From Pseudonocardiaceae bacterium (GTDB lineage Bacteria > Actinomycetota > Actinomycetes > Mycobacteriales > Pseudonocardiaceae), in assembly GCA_036494005.1 (NCBI GenBank), contig DASXOV010000021.1, positions 3,947 through 67,946 of the forward strand: a stretch of 64,000 nt of DNA, given 5' to 3'. Below, piece by piece: positions 32,370 through 41,110 of this stretch. The notes below the pieces were generated by a model, which saw only the letters and a list, made by a program, of their open reading frames with translations, was not told the DNA's origin and did no database searches. Both the position numbers and the translations under genes were made by a program. Every line of letters starts with the position of its first letter. Position 1 is the stretch's first letter.

Positions 32370-33662
32370 ATGGTGGACTGGGACACCCTGCCGGATGCGA
32401 TCCGGTTGCGGTTGGCCGATGTCGCTGCGGGCGCGGTTGCCCGGATCCCGGGTTCGGACCTACCTGTCGCGGTTCGCCCGGTGGCCCGCTTCGCGCCTGC
32501 CAAGCGGGCCCGCCTCGGGGGCGCGGTGCTGCTCGCCGGGTTGCGGGACTCGCCCGCCTTCCGCACCGCGGTCACCGAATGGGCCCGCATGAACCGGCCG
32601 GACCTGCTCGACCTCACCACGGCGGACGACGCCTCGGCAGCGGCAGCGGCGGTGCTGCTGGGAGCGCAGAACGCGGGGCAGCAGGTGGCCGAGGTTGCTC
32701 GCCGGGCCGGCGATGCACAGTTGCGCGCCGAGCGTGCTGCCGTGCTGGCCAAGATGGAGCGGGTGGCTCTGGAGAACCGGCGGCTGCGCGGTGAACTGGA
32801 CACCGCGCTGGCGGCGGCGCGGGATGCCGGGACAGCCGGCGATGCCGAGTCGGACCGGTTGCGCAGCCGGCTCAGGGAACAGGGGGTGCGACTGCGTCAG
32901 GCGCTGGATCGTGCCGATCAGGCGGCGTCGGACAGCGACGCCGAGCTCGCCGAACTTCGTCGGGCGCTGGCGGCGGCCGAGGCTCAACGGGACCGGGAAC
33001 GGGAACGAGCCGAGCTGGCGAACCACCGTGCCGAGCTGGCGGTGGCCGAGGCGGAGGCCGCCAGGCAGTCGGTCCGCGAGGCGCGGTCCGCCGACGAGGT
33101 GCGGCTGACCCTGCTGCTGGACACCATGAGCGGCGCGGTGGCCGGGCTGCGTCGTGAGCTGGCACTGGGTCAGCGCACGGCCTCGGACGGTCCCCGCCCC
33201 GGCGACCTGATCAGCGGAGGGAGCACGCTGAGCGGCGTCTCGGGCCGGGTGGTCGATCCCGCGACACTGGACCGGTTGCTCGCCCTGCCCGCGGTGCACC
33301 TGGTGGTGGACGGCTACAACGTCACGAAGACCGGCTATCCCGATCTCACCCTGTCCGACCAGCGGGACCGGCTCATCGGCCAGCTGGCCGCGCTGGCTGC
33401 TCGGACGGGTGCGGAGATCACCGTGGTGTTCGACGGGGCCGCCGTGGTCGCCGTGCCCACCACCACCACCCGCAGCGTCCGCGTGCTGTTCTCCGATCCC
33501 GGCGTGCTCGCCGACGACGTCATCCGGGCACTGGTGGCGGCCGAGCCGGTGGGCCGCCCGATAGTGGTCGTCACCTCCGACCGGGCGGTCGCCGAGTCGG
33601 TGCGTCGCGGCGGCGCGCAGCCGGTGCCCTCTGCCGTACTGCTCACCCGGCTGACCCGCTGA
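32370..33662 (+). CDS. coiled-coil protein with C-terminal NYN (YacP-like) domain
   Basis: The central part is long Ala/Arg/Glu heptad-like repeats. The C-terminus LVVDGYNVTKTGYP...VVFDG...VVVTSDRAV is typical of NYN/YacP ribonuclease-like domains. The start is uncertain (32292-32370). Confidence 0.7.
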   Translation: MVDWDTLPDAIRLRLADVAAGAVARIPGSDLPVAVRPVARFAPAKRARLGGAVLLAGLRDSPAFRTAVTEWARMNRPDLLDLTTADDASAAAAAVLLGAQNAGQQVAEVARRAGDAQLRAERAAVLAKMERVALENRRLRGELDTALAAARDAGTAGDAESDRLRSRLREQGVRLRQALDRADQAASDSDAELAELRRALAAAEAQRDRERERAELANHRAELAVAEAEAARQSVREARSADEVRLTLLLDTMSGAVAGLRRELALGQRTASDGPRPGDLISGGSTLSGVSGRVVDPATLDRLLALPAVHLVVDGYNVTKTGYPDLTLSDQRDRLIGQLAALAARTGAEITVVFDGAAVVAVPTTTTRSVRVLFSDPGVLADDVIRALVAAEPVGRPIVVVTSDRAVAESVRRGGAQPVPSAVLLTRLTR

Positions 33663-33763
33663 CACCGGGCCGGTCCGGCGGCGGAACGTCGCGACATCCG
33701 AAATCGTCGGTGTCGTGCCATACCGTCCGCGGTGACGAGATCATCAGCGAGACGGGAGCCGAC

Positions 33764-34048
33764 ATGATCGTGGATTGCGACCGCTGCGAGGTACGCGGCG
33801 ATGCGTGCGGCGAGTGTGTGATCACTGTGTTACTCGGGTCACCACCGGGTGGACTCGAACTGGACGGCATCGATCGCCGAGCGCTGGACACCCTGGCGGC
33901 GGCCGGGATGGTCCCGCGACTGCAACTCGTGGAGTGTGACGAGAATCACGAGACGCGGAGGTCTGGGACGGGTGGTGCCGCCGTTGGACGCCACCGCGCT
34001 GAGCGGTCTGCGAGTGGCGTCGAGCGGTCGGAACGCAACGCCGGCTGA
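33764..34048 (+). CDS. small Cys-rich (CxxC-x6-CxxC) hypothetical protein
   Basis: MIVDCDRCEVRGDACGEC zinc-ribbon-like motif. ATG is preceded by GGGAG. I recognise no family. Confidence 0.4.
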   Translation: MIVDCDRCEVRGDACGECVITVLLGSPPGGLELDGIDRRALDTLAAAGMVPRLQLVECDENHETRRSGTGGAAVGRHRAERSASGVERSERNAG

Positions 34049-34204
34049 TCGGGTGGGCCGAACACCCGCCGCAGCGGAGACAACGCCGACCGTGTCCGGC
34101 CGTCACTTCGCCCGTTGCAGGCCTCGCCGTGGTGGACAGGGCTAGTGACTTTTCGTAACCTTCCCGAGACTTTGCGGCAGGTGCTTCCCAGCCGGGCGGC
34201 AACG

Positions 34205-34350
34205 CAGGTCGCTGCCGAATCGGCTTGAGTCGGGGGCCGAACCGGGGACCCAATTTCTTTGGGGTGAATCCGGGTGGTCGCATGCGTCCACCCGGTAGGG
34301 CTCGCCACTTCCAGCCCGAACCCGACAGCTAACCCGGTAGGCGGTTCGAG
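34205..34350 (+). promoter_or_regulatory. cyclic-di-AMP riboswitch (ydaO/yuaA class) in the 5' leader of the NlpC/P60 gene
   Basis: Conserved blocks occur in the canonical order: CGCUGCCGAAUC, CCGGGGACCCAA, GGGGUGAAUCC, GGUAGGG, CCCGAACCCGACAGCUAACCCGGUAGGCG. The element ends about 20 nt before the GAGGAGA RBS and GTG 34371. Confidence 0.8.
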
Positions 34351-34370
34351 GAAGAGGAGACAGACGCGAC

Positions 34371-35423
34371 GTGTCGTCGCACCGTCTGAAGCGCACCGTT
34401 CGCGGCGCAACGGCCGCCACCGCCGTCGCCGCCTTCGTGATGTTGGTGCCCAATCCGGCGACAGCTGATCCCGCACCCCCCAATGACGCCCCGACAGCGG
34501 TGCGGCAGCTGGCCGACCTGAACCATCAGGCCGAGGCGCTCACGGAGAAGTGGCATTTCGCTCGCGACCAATTGGACGCCCGCCAGGCCGACCTGGAGCG
34601 GGCCAAGTCGGACGAGGCCGCTGCCGCGGCTGCCGGACAGCAGGCGAGAGCGGTCCAGGACCAGTACCGAGGCCAGGTCGACCGGCTGACCAATGCCTCA
34701 TTCCAGGGCGCGCGACTCAACCGGCTCTCCGCGTTGCTGGTGAGCGACTCGCCGCAGGACTTCCTGGACCAGATGTCGGCGCTGGACATGCTCGCGACCG
34801 ACAACAAGGAGGCCATGGACCGCTTGACCGGTGCAGTGGCCCAAACCGAACAGGCCGCGCAGACCGCCCACGACGCCTCCACCCGGGCCGGCCAGGCCGC
34901 GAAGGACGCGGCGCGCCTCACGAGCGATCTCACCCGGGCCCGCACGGACATGGATCGTCAGATCCAGCTGGTCCAGTCGCGCCTCACCAAGCTCAACCGG
35001 GCTGAGCGAGCCTCCTACACGTCGATCGGGGACATCAACTTCCCGATCGATATCGGCATCGGCAACAGCGGTGTCGCGGCCGAAGCCCTGCGGGCCGCGT
35101 TGACCAAGCAGGGCTCGCCCTACGTCTATGGCGCCGAAGGACCCAGCACCTTCGACTGTTCCGGTCTGGTGAAGTGGGCCTTCTCGCAGGCTGGCATGTC
35201 GGGTTTGCCGCATTCGGCGCAATCGCAGGCGCAGATGGGCCAGAGTGTCAGCCGAGCGTCGCTGCAACCCGGTGACCTCATCGCGCTGTACTCACCGATC
35301 AGCCACATCGGCATCTACGTGGGGGACGGGCGGTACCTGAACGCGCCGCAAACCGGCGACGTGGTGAAGGTGTCCACGGTGCCCTGGGGTGAGGTCACCG
35401 CGATGCGCCGGATCGGGGCCTGA
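34371..35423 (+). CDS. RipC-like peptidoglycan endopeptidase (N-terminal coiled coil plus C-terminal NlpC/P60)
   Basis: Signal sequence, a long coiled-coil region, and an NlpC/P60 core (YVYGAEGPSTFDCSGLV ... HIGIYVGDG). Confidence 0.85.
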   Translation: MSSHRLKRTVRGATAATAVAAFVMLVPNPATADPAPPNDAPTAVRQLADLNHQAEALTEKWHFARDQLDARQADLERAKSDEAAAAAAGQQARAVQDQYRGQVDRLTNASFQGARLNRLSALLVSDSPQDFLDQMSALDMLATDNKEAMDRLTGAVAQTEQAAQTAHDASTRAGQAAKDAARLTSDLTRARTDMDRQIQLVQSRLTKLNRAERASYTSIGDINFPIDIGIGNSGVAAEALRAALTKQGSPYVYGAEGPSTFDCSGLVKWAFSQAGMSGLPHSAQSQAQMGQSVSRASLQPGDLIALYSPISHIGIYVGDGRYLNAPQTGDVVKVSTVPWGEVTAMRRIGA

Positions 35424-35457
35424 CGGCACCCCGGCCGGATGCGGCTACCCTCGCGCG

Positions 35458-36579
35458 GTGCCGCGCACCCTGCTGGTGAGCAATGACTTCCCGCCCCGCG
35501 CCGGCGGCATTCAGGCCTATCTGTACGCACTGGCTCTGCTGCTGCCCCCTGGTGAGCTCGCAGTCTATGCGCCCGGCTGGCCCGGTTCGGCTGCCTTCGA
35601 CGCGCAGCTGCCGTTCCCGGTGGTCCGCCACCCGGGATCGCTCATGCTGCCCACTCCCTCGGTGCTGCGGCGAGCCGCTGGACTGCTGCCGGAACTGGGG
35701 TGCCGGACGGTGTGGTTCGGTGCCGCCGCGCCGCTGGCGTTGCTGGGACCCGCGCTGCGGCGGGCCGGCGCGCAGCGGGTGGTGGCCAGCAGCCACGGGC
35801 ACGAGGTGGGCTGGTCCATGCTGCCGCCCGGCCGCTCGGCATTACGCCGGATCGGCCGGGACGCCGACGTGATCACGGTGGTGAGCCGGTACACCCGCCG
35901 CCGGGTCAGCTCGGCGTTCGGTCCTGACGCCGCGCTGGAACTGCTCACCCCGGGGGTGGACAGCGCTGCCTTCTGTCCGGATCCTGCCTCCCGCCGGGAG
36001 ATCCGGCGCCGTTACCGGATCGGGGAGGCACCGGTGGTGGTGTGCGTCTCCCGGCTGGTGGCCCGCAAGGGCCAGGACGTGCTGATCCGCGCATTGCCCG
36101 CGATCCGCGATCAGGTGCCGGGCGCGGTGCTGCTCCTGGTCGGGGACGGGCCCCGGATCGGCACGTTACGAAGACTGGCGCGCTCCTGCGACGTCGCCGA
36201 CGCCGTGGTGTTCACCGGCGCTGTGCCGTGGTCGCAGCTCCCGGCGCATTACGCCGCCGGTGATGTCTTCGCGATGCCCTGCCGGACCCGGGGCAGGGGA
36301 CTGGATGTCGAGGGGCTCGGCCTGGTGTTTCTCGAGGCCGCCGCCGCCGGCCTGCCCGTCGTTGCCGGGCAGTCCGGCGGCGCGGCGGAGACCGTGCGCC
36401 CCGGCGAGACCGGGGAGGTGGTGAACGGCCGGGACGTGGCAGCGGTGGCACGGGCGATCGCGGAGTTGCTCGCCGACCCTGATCGGGCTGCGGCGATGGG
36501 CCGTAGCGGGCGGAGCTGGATGCAGCACGACTGGAACTGGACCTGCCGCGCGCGCCGGCTTCTCGGCTGGCTCCGTTGA
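35458..36579 (+). CDS. GT4 glycosyltransferase, PimB'-like alpha-mannosyltransferase
   Basis: LLVSNDFPPRAGGIQ N-terminus and a GT4 C-terminal EX7E-type region (GLVFLEAAAAGLPVVAG). It holds the Rv2188c position. Confidence 0.85.
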   Translation: MPRTLLVSNDFPPRAGGIQAYLYALALLLPPGELAVYAPGWPGSAAFDAQLPFPVVRHPGSLMLPTPSVLRRAAGLLPELGCRTVWFGAAAPLALLGPALRRAGAQRVVASSHGHEVGWSMLPPGRSALRRIGRDADVITVVSRYTRRRVSSAFGPDAALELLTPGVDSAAFCPDPASRREIRRRYRIGEAPVVVCVSRLVARKGQDVLIRALPAIRDQVPGAVLLLVGDGPRIGTLRRLARSCDVADAVVFTGAVPWSQLPAHYAAGDVFAMPCRTRGRGLDVEGLGLVFLEAAAAGLPVVAGQSGGAAETVRPGETGEVVNGRDVAAVARAIAELLADPDRAAAMGRSGRSWMQHDWNWTCRARRLLGWLR

Positions 36580-36586
36580 GAGCCGA

Positions 36587-37573
36587 TCACCCGAGCACGG
36601 CGTGCGCGGGCAGGCGGGCTGCGCTGTCGTGGTGCCTGCTGAGGAACGTCCACATCAGGGTGGCGGCTGCGGCCGGCTGCCCGACCGACCCGGTGCCCGG
36701 CCAGGCGTGACCCCGCCCCGGATAGACGACCGACTCCACCTCCGCGTCGCCCGCGCAGCCCGCCCACCACTGCACGATCGCCGAGCCGTCCCCTCCGGTC
36801 TGCTTCCGGTCCGTGCAGCCGTCCTGGCGACGGAGCCAGGTCAACGCCTGTGGCACAGCCGGCAGGGGTGGGTGCCCGGCTGGTCGTCCGTAGAACGGCA
36901 GTATCTGGTCCGCTGTGCCTACGGCGAGCAGGAACGGGACCGCGGCTGAGGCCGACGTGCAGGGCACCAACGGCACGGCACCGTAGGTGGCCACCGCTGC
37001 GAAGAGCTTCGGGTGCGCGCACACAGTGCGGTAGGCGAGTTTGCCGCCGTTGCTGTACCCGACCAGGTACACCCGTTGCACGTCGACCGGCCATCGGCGC
37101 AGCGCATCGGCCACGACCGCCGCGACGAACGGCACGTCCGGGATACCTGCGGTGCCTGCGACTCCGCAGCAGCCGTGTCCCGCGTTCCACGATCGATGCC
37201 GGCCGTCGGGAAACACCAGCACCACCCGCCCCTGTCGGGCCAGACCGAGGAATCCGGTCTGGTTCGCCGCCGCCTGCTCGGATTGCCCACGTCCGTGCAG
37301 CACGATCAGCAGCGGTAACCGGCCGACCGGCTGGGACGGCGCAGCGCCACGGTAGGCACGGTAGGTACGCCGGAGACCGTCGACGTTCACCGGGTACACC
37401 GTGCCGACCGGTGCGACGGTCCCGGCAACCGTGGCTGCCGATCGGGTGCCGGCGAACGACCGCTGAGCGGCGGTGGTGATCGCCGCCGCCACACCGATGA
37501 CCAGACCGATGACCAGACCGATGACGGGGGCGACCGTGACCAGCGTTCGCCATGGGCCGCCCTTCAGTCGCAT
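36587..37573 (-). CDS. secreted or membrane-anchored alpha/beta-hydrolase, PHB-depolymerase/LpqC-type esterase
   Basis: LLIVLHGRGQS, FPDG...SWNAGHGCCG and the nucleophile elbow GYSNGG, with an N-terminal TM or signal segment. The start could be ATG 37573 or GTG 37600. Confidence 0.75.
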   Translation of the reverse strand: MRLKGGPWRTLVTVAPVIGLVIGLVIGVAAAITTAAQRSFAGTRSAATVAGTVAPVGTVYPVNVDGLRRTYRAYRGAAPSQPVGRLPLLIVLHGRGQSEQAAANQTGFLGLARQGRVVLVFPDGRHRSWNAGHGCCGVAGTAGIPDVPFVAAVVADALRRWPVDVQRVYLVGYSNGGKLAYRTVCAHPKLFAAVATYGAVPLVPCTSASAAVPFLLAVGTADQILPFYGRPAGHPPLPAVPQALTWLRRQDGCTDRKQTGGDGSAIVQWWAGCAGDAEVESVVYPGRGHAWPGTGSVGQPAAAATLMWTFLSRHHDSAARLPAHAVLG

Positions 37574-37635
37574 GACCCAGAGTATGCCCAGGTCATGCAC
37601 AGCTGGTCTTCAGCTGGGCTGGTCAGGATGCGCTC

Positions 37636-39129
37636 ATGAGCCGCCTTCCCGATCTGATCACCGAGCGTGCCCTGCGCACTCCCGGCGCCCGTTTCCTGGC
37701 CGACGCGCGCGGTGATCGATCGGTCGACTTCGCGATGCTGCGCGCGGCCACCGACGCGTGGCGCCGGGAGTTGGACGCGGCGGCCGTCCCCCCGGGGGCG
37801 CGGGTGCTCGTCGATGTCGACGACCCGCTGGCCTTCGCCGTGGTCCATCTCGCCGTGATCGCCGCAGGCCGATGCTCGGCACCCGTCGACCCGGCGGTTC
37901 CGCCCGCCGAGGCGGCGCGCATCCACCGCGTCCTGCGCCCCTCGCTCGCGATCAGTGACCGGAAGAGCACCCCTGGCGCGCCGGTGGACCGGGCCACCGG
38001 CCTGCCCGGCCACCCGACGACCCTGACCCGGCCGGCCGTGCTCCCGCGCGGGCAGGCCGGTGCCGCCGCGCTGCTCACCTCCGGCTCGACCGGCACGCCC
38101 AAGACAGTCGTGCTCGGTGAGCGCCAGCTGCTCCACGTCGCGCGACGGGTCGTCGAACACCACGAGCTGACCGCAGCGGACCGGGGTTTCAACCCGCTGC
38201 CGTTGTTCCACATCAACGCCCAGGTCGTCGCGTTGCTCGCCACCCTGGTCGCCGGGGGCTCACTCGTGCTCGACCGCCGATTCCACCGCACCGGGTTCTG
38301 GCAGCTCCTGGCCGAGCACGACATCACCTGGCTGAACGCGGTGCCGGCGATACTCACGATCCTGGCGCTCGACGACGTGCCCGCGACACCGCCCGGGTTG
38401 CGGTTCATCCGCTCGGCGTCGGCGCCGCTGCCTGCGGCGACCCGGGTCCGGGTGGCTGCCCGGACCGGGGTGGTCGTGGTGGAGAGCTACGGCATGACCG
38501 AGGCGGCCAGCCAGATCACCGCCACGTCGTTGCGCGGCGGGCATCCGCCGGGTTCGGTCGGTCTGCCGCTCGGGGTGGAACTCGAGGTGGCCGGATCCGA
38601 CGGACGGCGGTGTGCACCGGATGTGGTGGGCCGGGTCCGAATCCGCGGCGAGGGGGTGATCGGTGCGTACGCCGAGGGCGGCGCGTGCGGACAGTTCGAC
38701 GCCGCCGGCTGGCTGAACACCGGTGACCTCGGGCGACTCGATGCCGATGGACACCTCTACCTGCTCGGGCGCAGCGATGACGTGGTGAACCGCGGCGGAG
38801 AGCTGGTGCACCCCAGGGAGGTCGAGGACGTCCTGCTCGGTGACGCGGCGGTCGCCGAGGTCGTCGTGGTCGCGGGCCCGCACGAGGTCCTCGGCGCGGT
38901 GCCGGTGGCGTGGATCCGGCCGGTGCGTGAGCTGGACGGCGAGCAGTCGGACCAACTCGTCGGCCGGCTACGGCGGCGTTGCGAGCAGCGGCTCAGCCGG
39001 GCGAAGCGCCCGGCGGAGTTCCGGGTCGTCGCGGGTTTCCCGCGCACCCCCACCGGCAAGGTGCTCCGTCGCCGGCTACGGGAGTTTCTCTCCACCGGCG
39101 CCGGGCGTCCTGAGTTCTCCCCCCGATGA
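37636..39129 (+). CDS. adenylate-forming (ANL superfamily) acid--CoA/carrier ligase
   Basis: ANL core motifs: LTSGSTGTPK, YGMTE, TGDLG and PRTPTGKV. Confidence 0.85.
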   Translation: MSRLPDLITERALRTPGARFLADARGDRSVDFAMLRAATDAWRRELDAAAVPPGARVLVDVDDPLAFAVVHLAVIAAGRCSAPVDPAVPPAEAARIHRVLRPSLAISDRKSTPGAPVDRATGLPGHPTTLTRPAVLPRGQAGAAALLTSGSTGTPKTVVLGERQLLHVARRVVEHHELTAADRGFNPLPLFHINAQVVALLATLVAGGSLVLDRRFHRTGFWQLLAEHDITWLNAVPAILTILALDDVPATPPGLRFIRSASAPLPAATRVRVAARTGVVVVESYGMTEAASQITATSLRGGHPPGSVGLPLGVELEVAGSDGRRCAPDVVGRVRIRGEGVIGAYAEGGACGQFDAAGWLNTGDLGRLDADGHLYLLGRSDDVVNRGGELVHPREVEDVLLGDAAVAEVVVVAGPHEVLGAVPVAWIRPVRELDGEQSDQLVGRLRRRCEQRLSRAKRPAEFRVVAGFPRTPTGKVLRRRLREFLSTGAGRPEFSPR

Positions 39130-40349
39130 CCAGGGCAGGCGAGTCCGCAGCACCCCCCAGCGGCTCGGCACCCCCCAGCGGTCCGGGGCACCTTTACCCG
39201 GCCGACCTGGTCCGGGTGCTGACCTTCGCCTGCGTCATCGCGGTGCACACGGTCACGAGCGTCAACCCACCGGACAGCGTCCCGGCGGGCGGCGCCGCGA
39301 TGCTGCTGCACTTCACCCGCGAGGTGTTCTTCGCCCTCACCGCGTTCGTGCTCGTGCACCGCTACCGGGAGCGGCTGCGGATCGTTCCGTTCTGGCGTCG
39401 CCGGCTCCGGCTGGTCGGCTTGCCCTACCTGACCTGGTCCGTCGTCTACAGCGGACTGGCGTTGATCATGGTTCCGTTGCCTCCTGCCACGGCGCTGGCC
39501 CAGCTCGGGCACAACCTGATCACCGGAACCAGCTGGTACCACCTGTACTTCCTGCTCGTCTCGATGCAGTTCTACCTGCTCTTTCCGCTGTTCCTGTTGC
39601 TGCTGCGGGTGAGCAGGGGATGGCACTGGTGGTTGCTGGCGTTCAGCGCGCTCGTGCAGGCGGTAATCGACGCCGGGCTGCACACCGTGCATCCGAGTGG
39701 CCTGGCCGGGCAGCTCCTGCCCTACGCAGGCTCGTTCGTCGGCAGCTACCCGTTCTATCTGGTGCTCGGCGGGGTGGCGGCGCTGCACGCCGATCGGCTG
39801 CAGGCGTGGGTCCGCGGCCATCGGGGGGTGGTGATCGGGGCGTTCGTCGTCACCGGTGCCGCGGCTGAGGGGTGGTATCTGCGTTCGGTGCGCGGCGGTA
39901 CCTCTCCGGTGACCGCCTCCGACGTGTTCCAGCCGGTGATGATGCCCTGGTGCCTCGCCGTGGTGGCGGCGTTCTTCGGGCTCGGTGTCGCCTGGGCGGC
40001 GCGGCGCGGGGACGGGCCGGGTTCGCGGGCCGTTGAGGTCGGCTCGGACCGCTCATTCGGGGTATTCCTGGTGCACCCGATGGTGCTGTGGGCGTTGACC
40101 GTGGGCGCGTCGCCGTGGCTACCCACGCACGTGCCCGCACCCTGGTCGACCGTTCTCGCCTTCGTCGTCACCGTTGTGGTGTCGCTGCTGCTGGTCGAGG
40201 TGCTGCGGCACAGCCCGTTGAGCCAGGTCCTCACCGGGAGGTCCCGTTTTCCTGGCAAACCAGGTGTTCCTGCTTCGCTGATTCGAGTTTTCCGTTCGGC
40301 GTCCGCCGTTCTGGCTGAACGCGGGGCGGGTATGAGGAGCCGGTCATGA
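39126..40349 (+). CDS. acyltransferase 3 (AT3) family integral membrane acyltransferase
   Basis: About 10 predicted TM helices. The N-terminal VRVLTFACVIAVH with a conserved His is typical of the OafA/OatA/SucT-type AT3 domain. ATGA overlap with the upstream ligase gene. Confidence 0.8.
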   Translation: MTRAGESAAPPSGSAPPSGPGHLYPADLVRVLTFACVIAVHTVTSVNPPDSVPAGGAAMLLHFTREVFFALTAFVLVHRYRERLRIVPFWRRRLRLVGLPYLTWSVVYSGLALIMVPLPPATALAQLGHNLITGTSWYHLYFLLVSMQFYLLFPLFLLLLRVSRGWHWWLLAFSALVQAVIDAGLHTVHPSGLAGQLLPYAGSFVGSYPFYLVLGGVAALHADRLQAWVRGHRGVVIGAFVVTGAAAEGWYLRSVRGGTSPVTASDVFQPVMMPWCLAVVAAFFGLGVAWAARRGDGPGSRAVEVGSDRSFGVFLVHPMVLWALTVGASPWLPTHVPAPWSTVLAFVVTVVVSLLLVEVLRHSPLSQVLTGRSRFPGKPGVPASLIRVFRSASAVLAERGAGMRSRS

Positions 40350-41110
40350 TAGATAGCCCGTTGTGTCTACCTCACCTTGAGTCCCATCCTCGGCGACGCG
40401 GGCTCACCATGGTCATCGATCCTGGGTTGTTCACCGGTCAATTCGAGGATGCGGTGGACAGCGTCGGCGAATTGGTCGATCTGGTGAAGTTCGGCTGGGG
40501 TACCTGTCTGGTCACCAAAGACATCAAGCGGAAGATCGACATCCTGCGTGATGCCGGTATCGGTTTCTATTTCGGCGGGACCCTGTTCGAGCGCTATGCC
40601 CTGGAAGGGCTTGTGCCGGAGTGGGTGGAACTGTGCCGTTTGATGGGCGTCACGCATGTCGAGGTGTCCAACGGCACGATCTTGATGGACAACACGGAGA
40701 AGGCCGGCTGGGTGACCCGGCTCGCCGACGAGTTCGTCGTGATCAGCGAGGTCGGTTTCAAGGACGGGGGGCGCAGCGACGCTCTCGATGCTGCGCAGTG
40801 GATCTCCTTCATCGAGGAGGACTTCGCCGCTGGGGCGCACCTGGTCACCGTCGAGGCTCGGGAGAGCGGCCGCAGCGGCATCTGCCGGGCCGATGGACAG
40901 CCGCGCCACGATCTGGTCGAGGAGATCGCCGGTTCCGGTATCGACCTCGACCGCCTGCTGTTCGAGGCTCCGAACAAGGATCTGCAGACCTACTTCCTGC
41001 GGCGGATGGGTCCCTCGGTCAACCTGGGCAACGTGCGGGCCGACGATGTGATCGCGCTCGAGACGCTGCGGCGGGGGCTGCGATCGGACACCCTGCCGGT
41101 GGTGCTGTGA
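40346..41110 (+). CDS. comA: phosphosulfolactate synthase (ComA family)
   Basis: Collinear with what I remember of M. jannaschii ComA: DLVKFGWGT, GGTLFE, VEVSNGT, VEARESGRSG, LFEAPNK, VNLGN...VIALETLRRGLRSDT. ATGA overlap with the AT3 gene. Confidence 0.9.
   Translation: MIDSPLCLPHLESHPRRRGLTMVIDPGLFTGQFEDAVDSVGELVDLVKFGWGTCLVTKDIKRKIDILRDAGIGFYFGGTLFERYALEGLVPEWVELCRLMGVTHVEVSNGTILMDNTEKAGWVTRLADEFVVISEVGFKDGGRSDALDAAQWISFIEEDFAAGAHLVTVEARESGRSGICRADGQPRHDLVEEIAGSGIDLDRLLFEAPNKDLQTYFLRRMGPSVNLGNVRADDVIALETLRRGLRSDTLPVVL

Noticed and set aside
33822-34476. Minus-strand ORFs (33822..34283, 33946..34476, 34142..34483) covering the region upstream of the NlpC/P60 gene.
   Set aside because: They run antisense across the well-supported c-di-AMP riboswitch and the small plus-strand ORF. 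Their translations are low complexity with no family signal.
37494-37525. A 12-nt tandem repeat (ccgatgaccaga x2.7) that looked like a micro-array.
   Set aside because: It is in frame within the esterase gene and encodes VIGLVIGLVIG in the N-terminal TM/signal segment. There are no spacers and nothing CRISPR-like. It is only a minor slippage-prone repeat.
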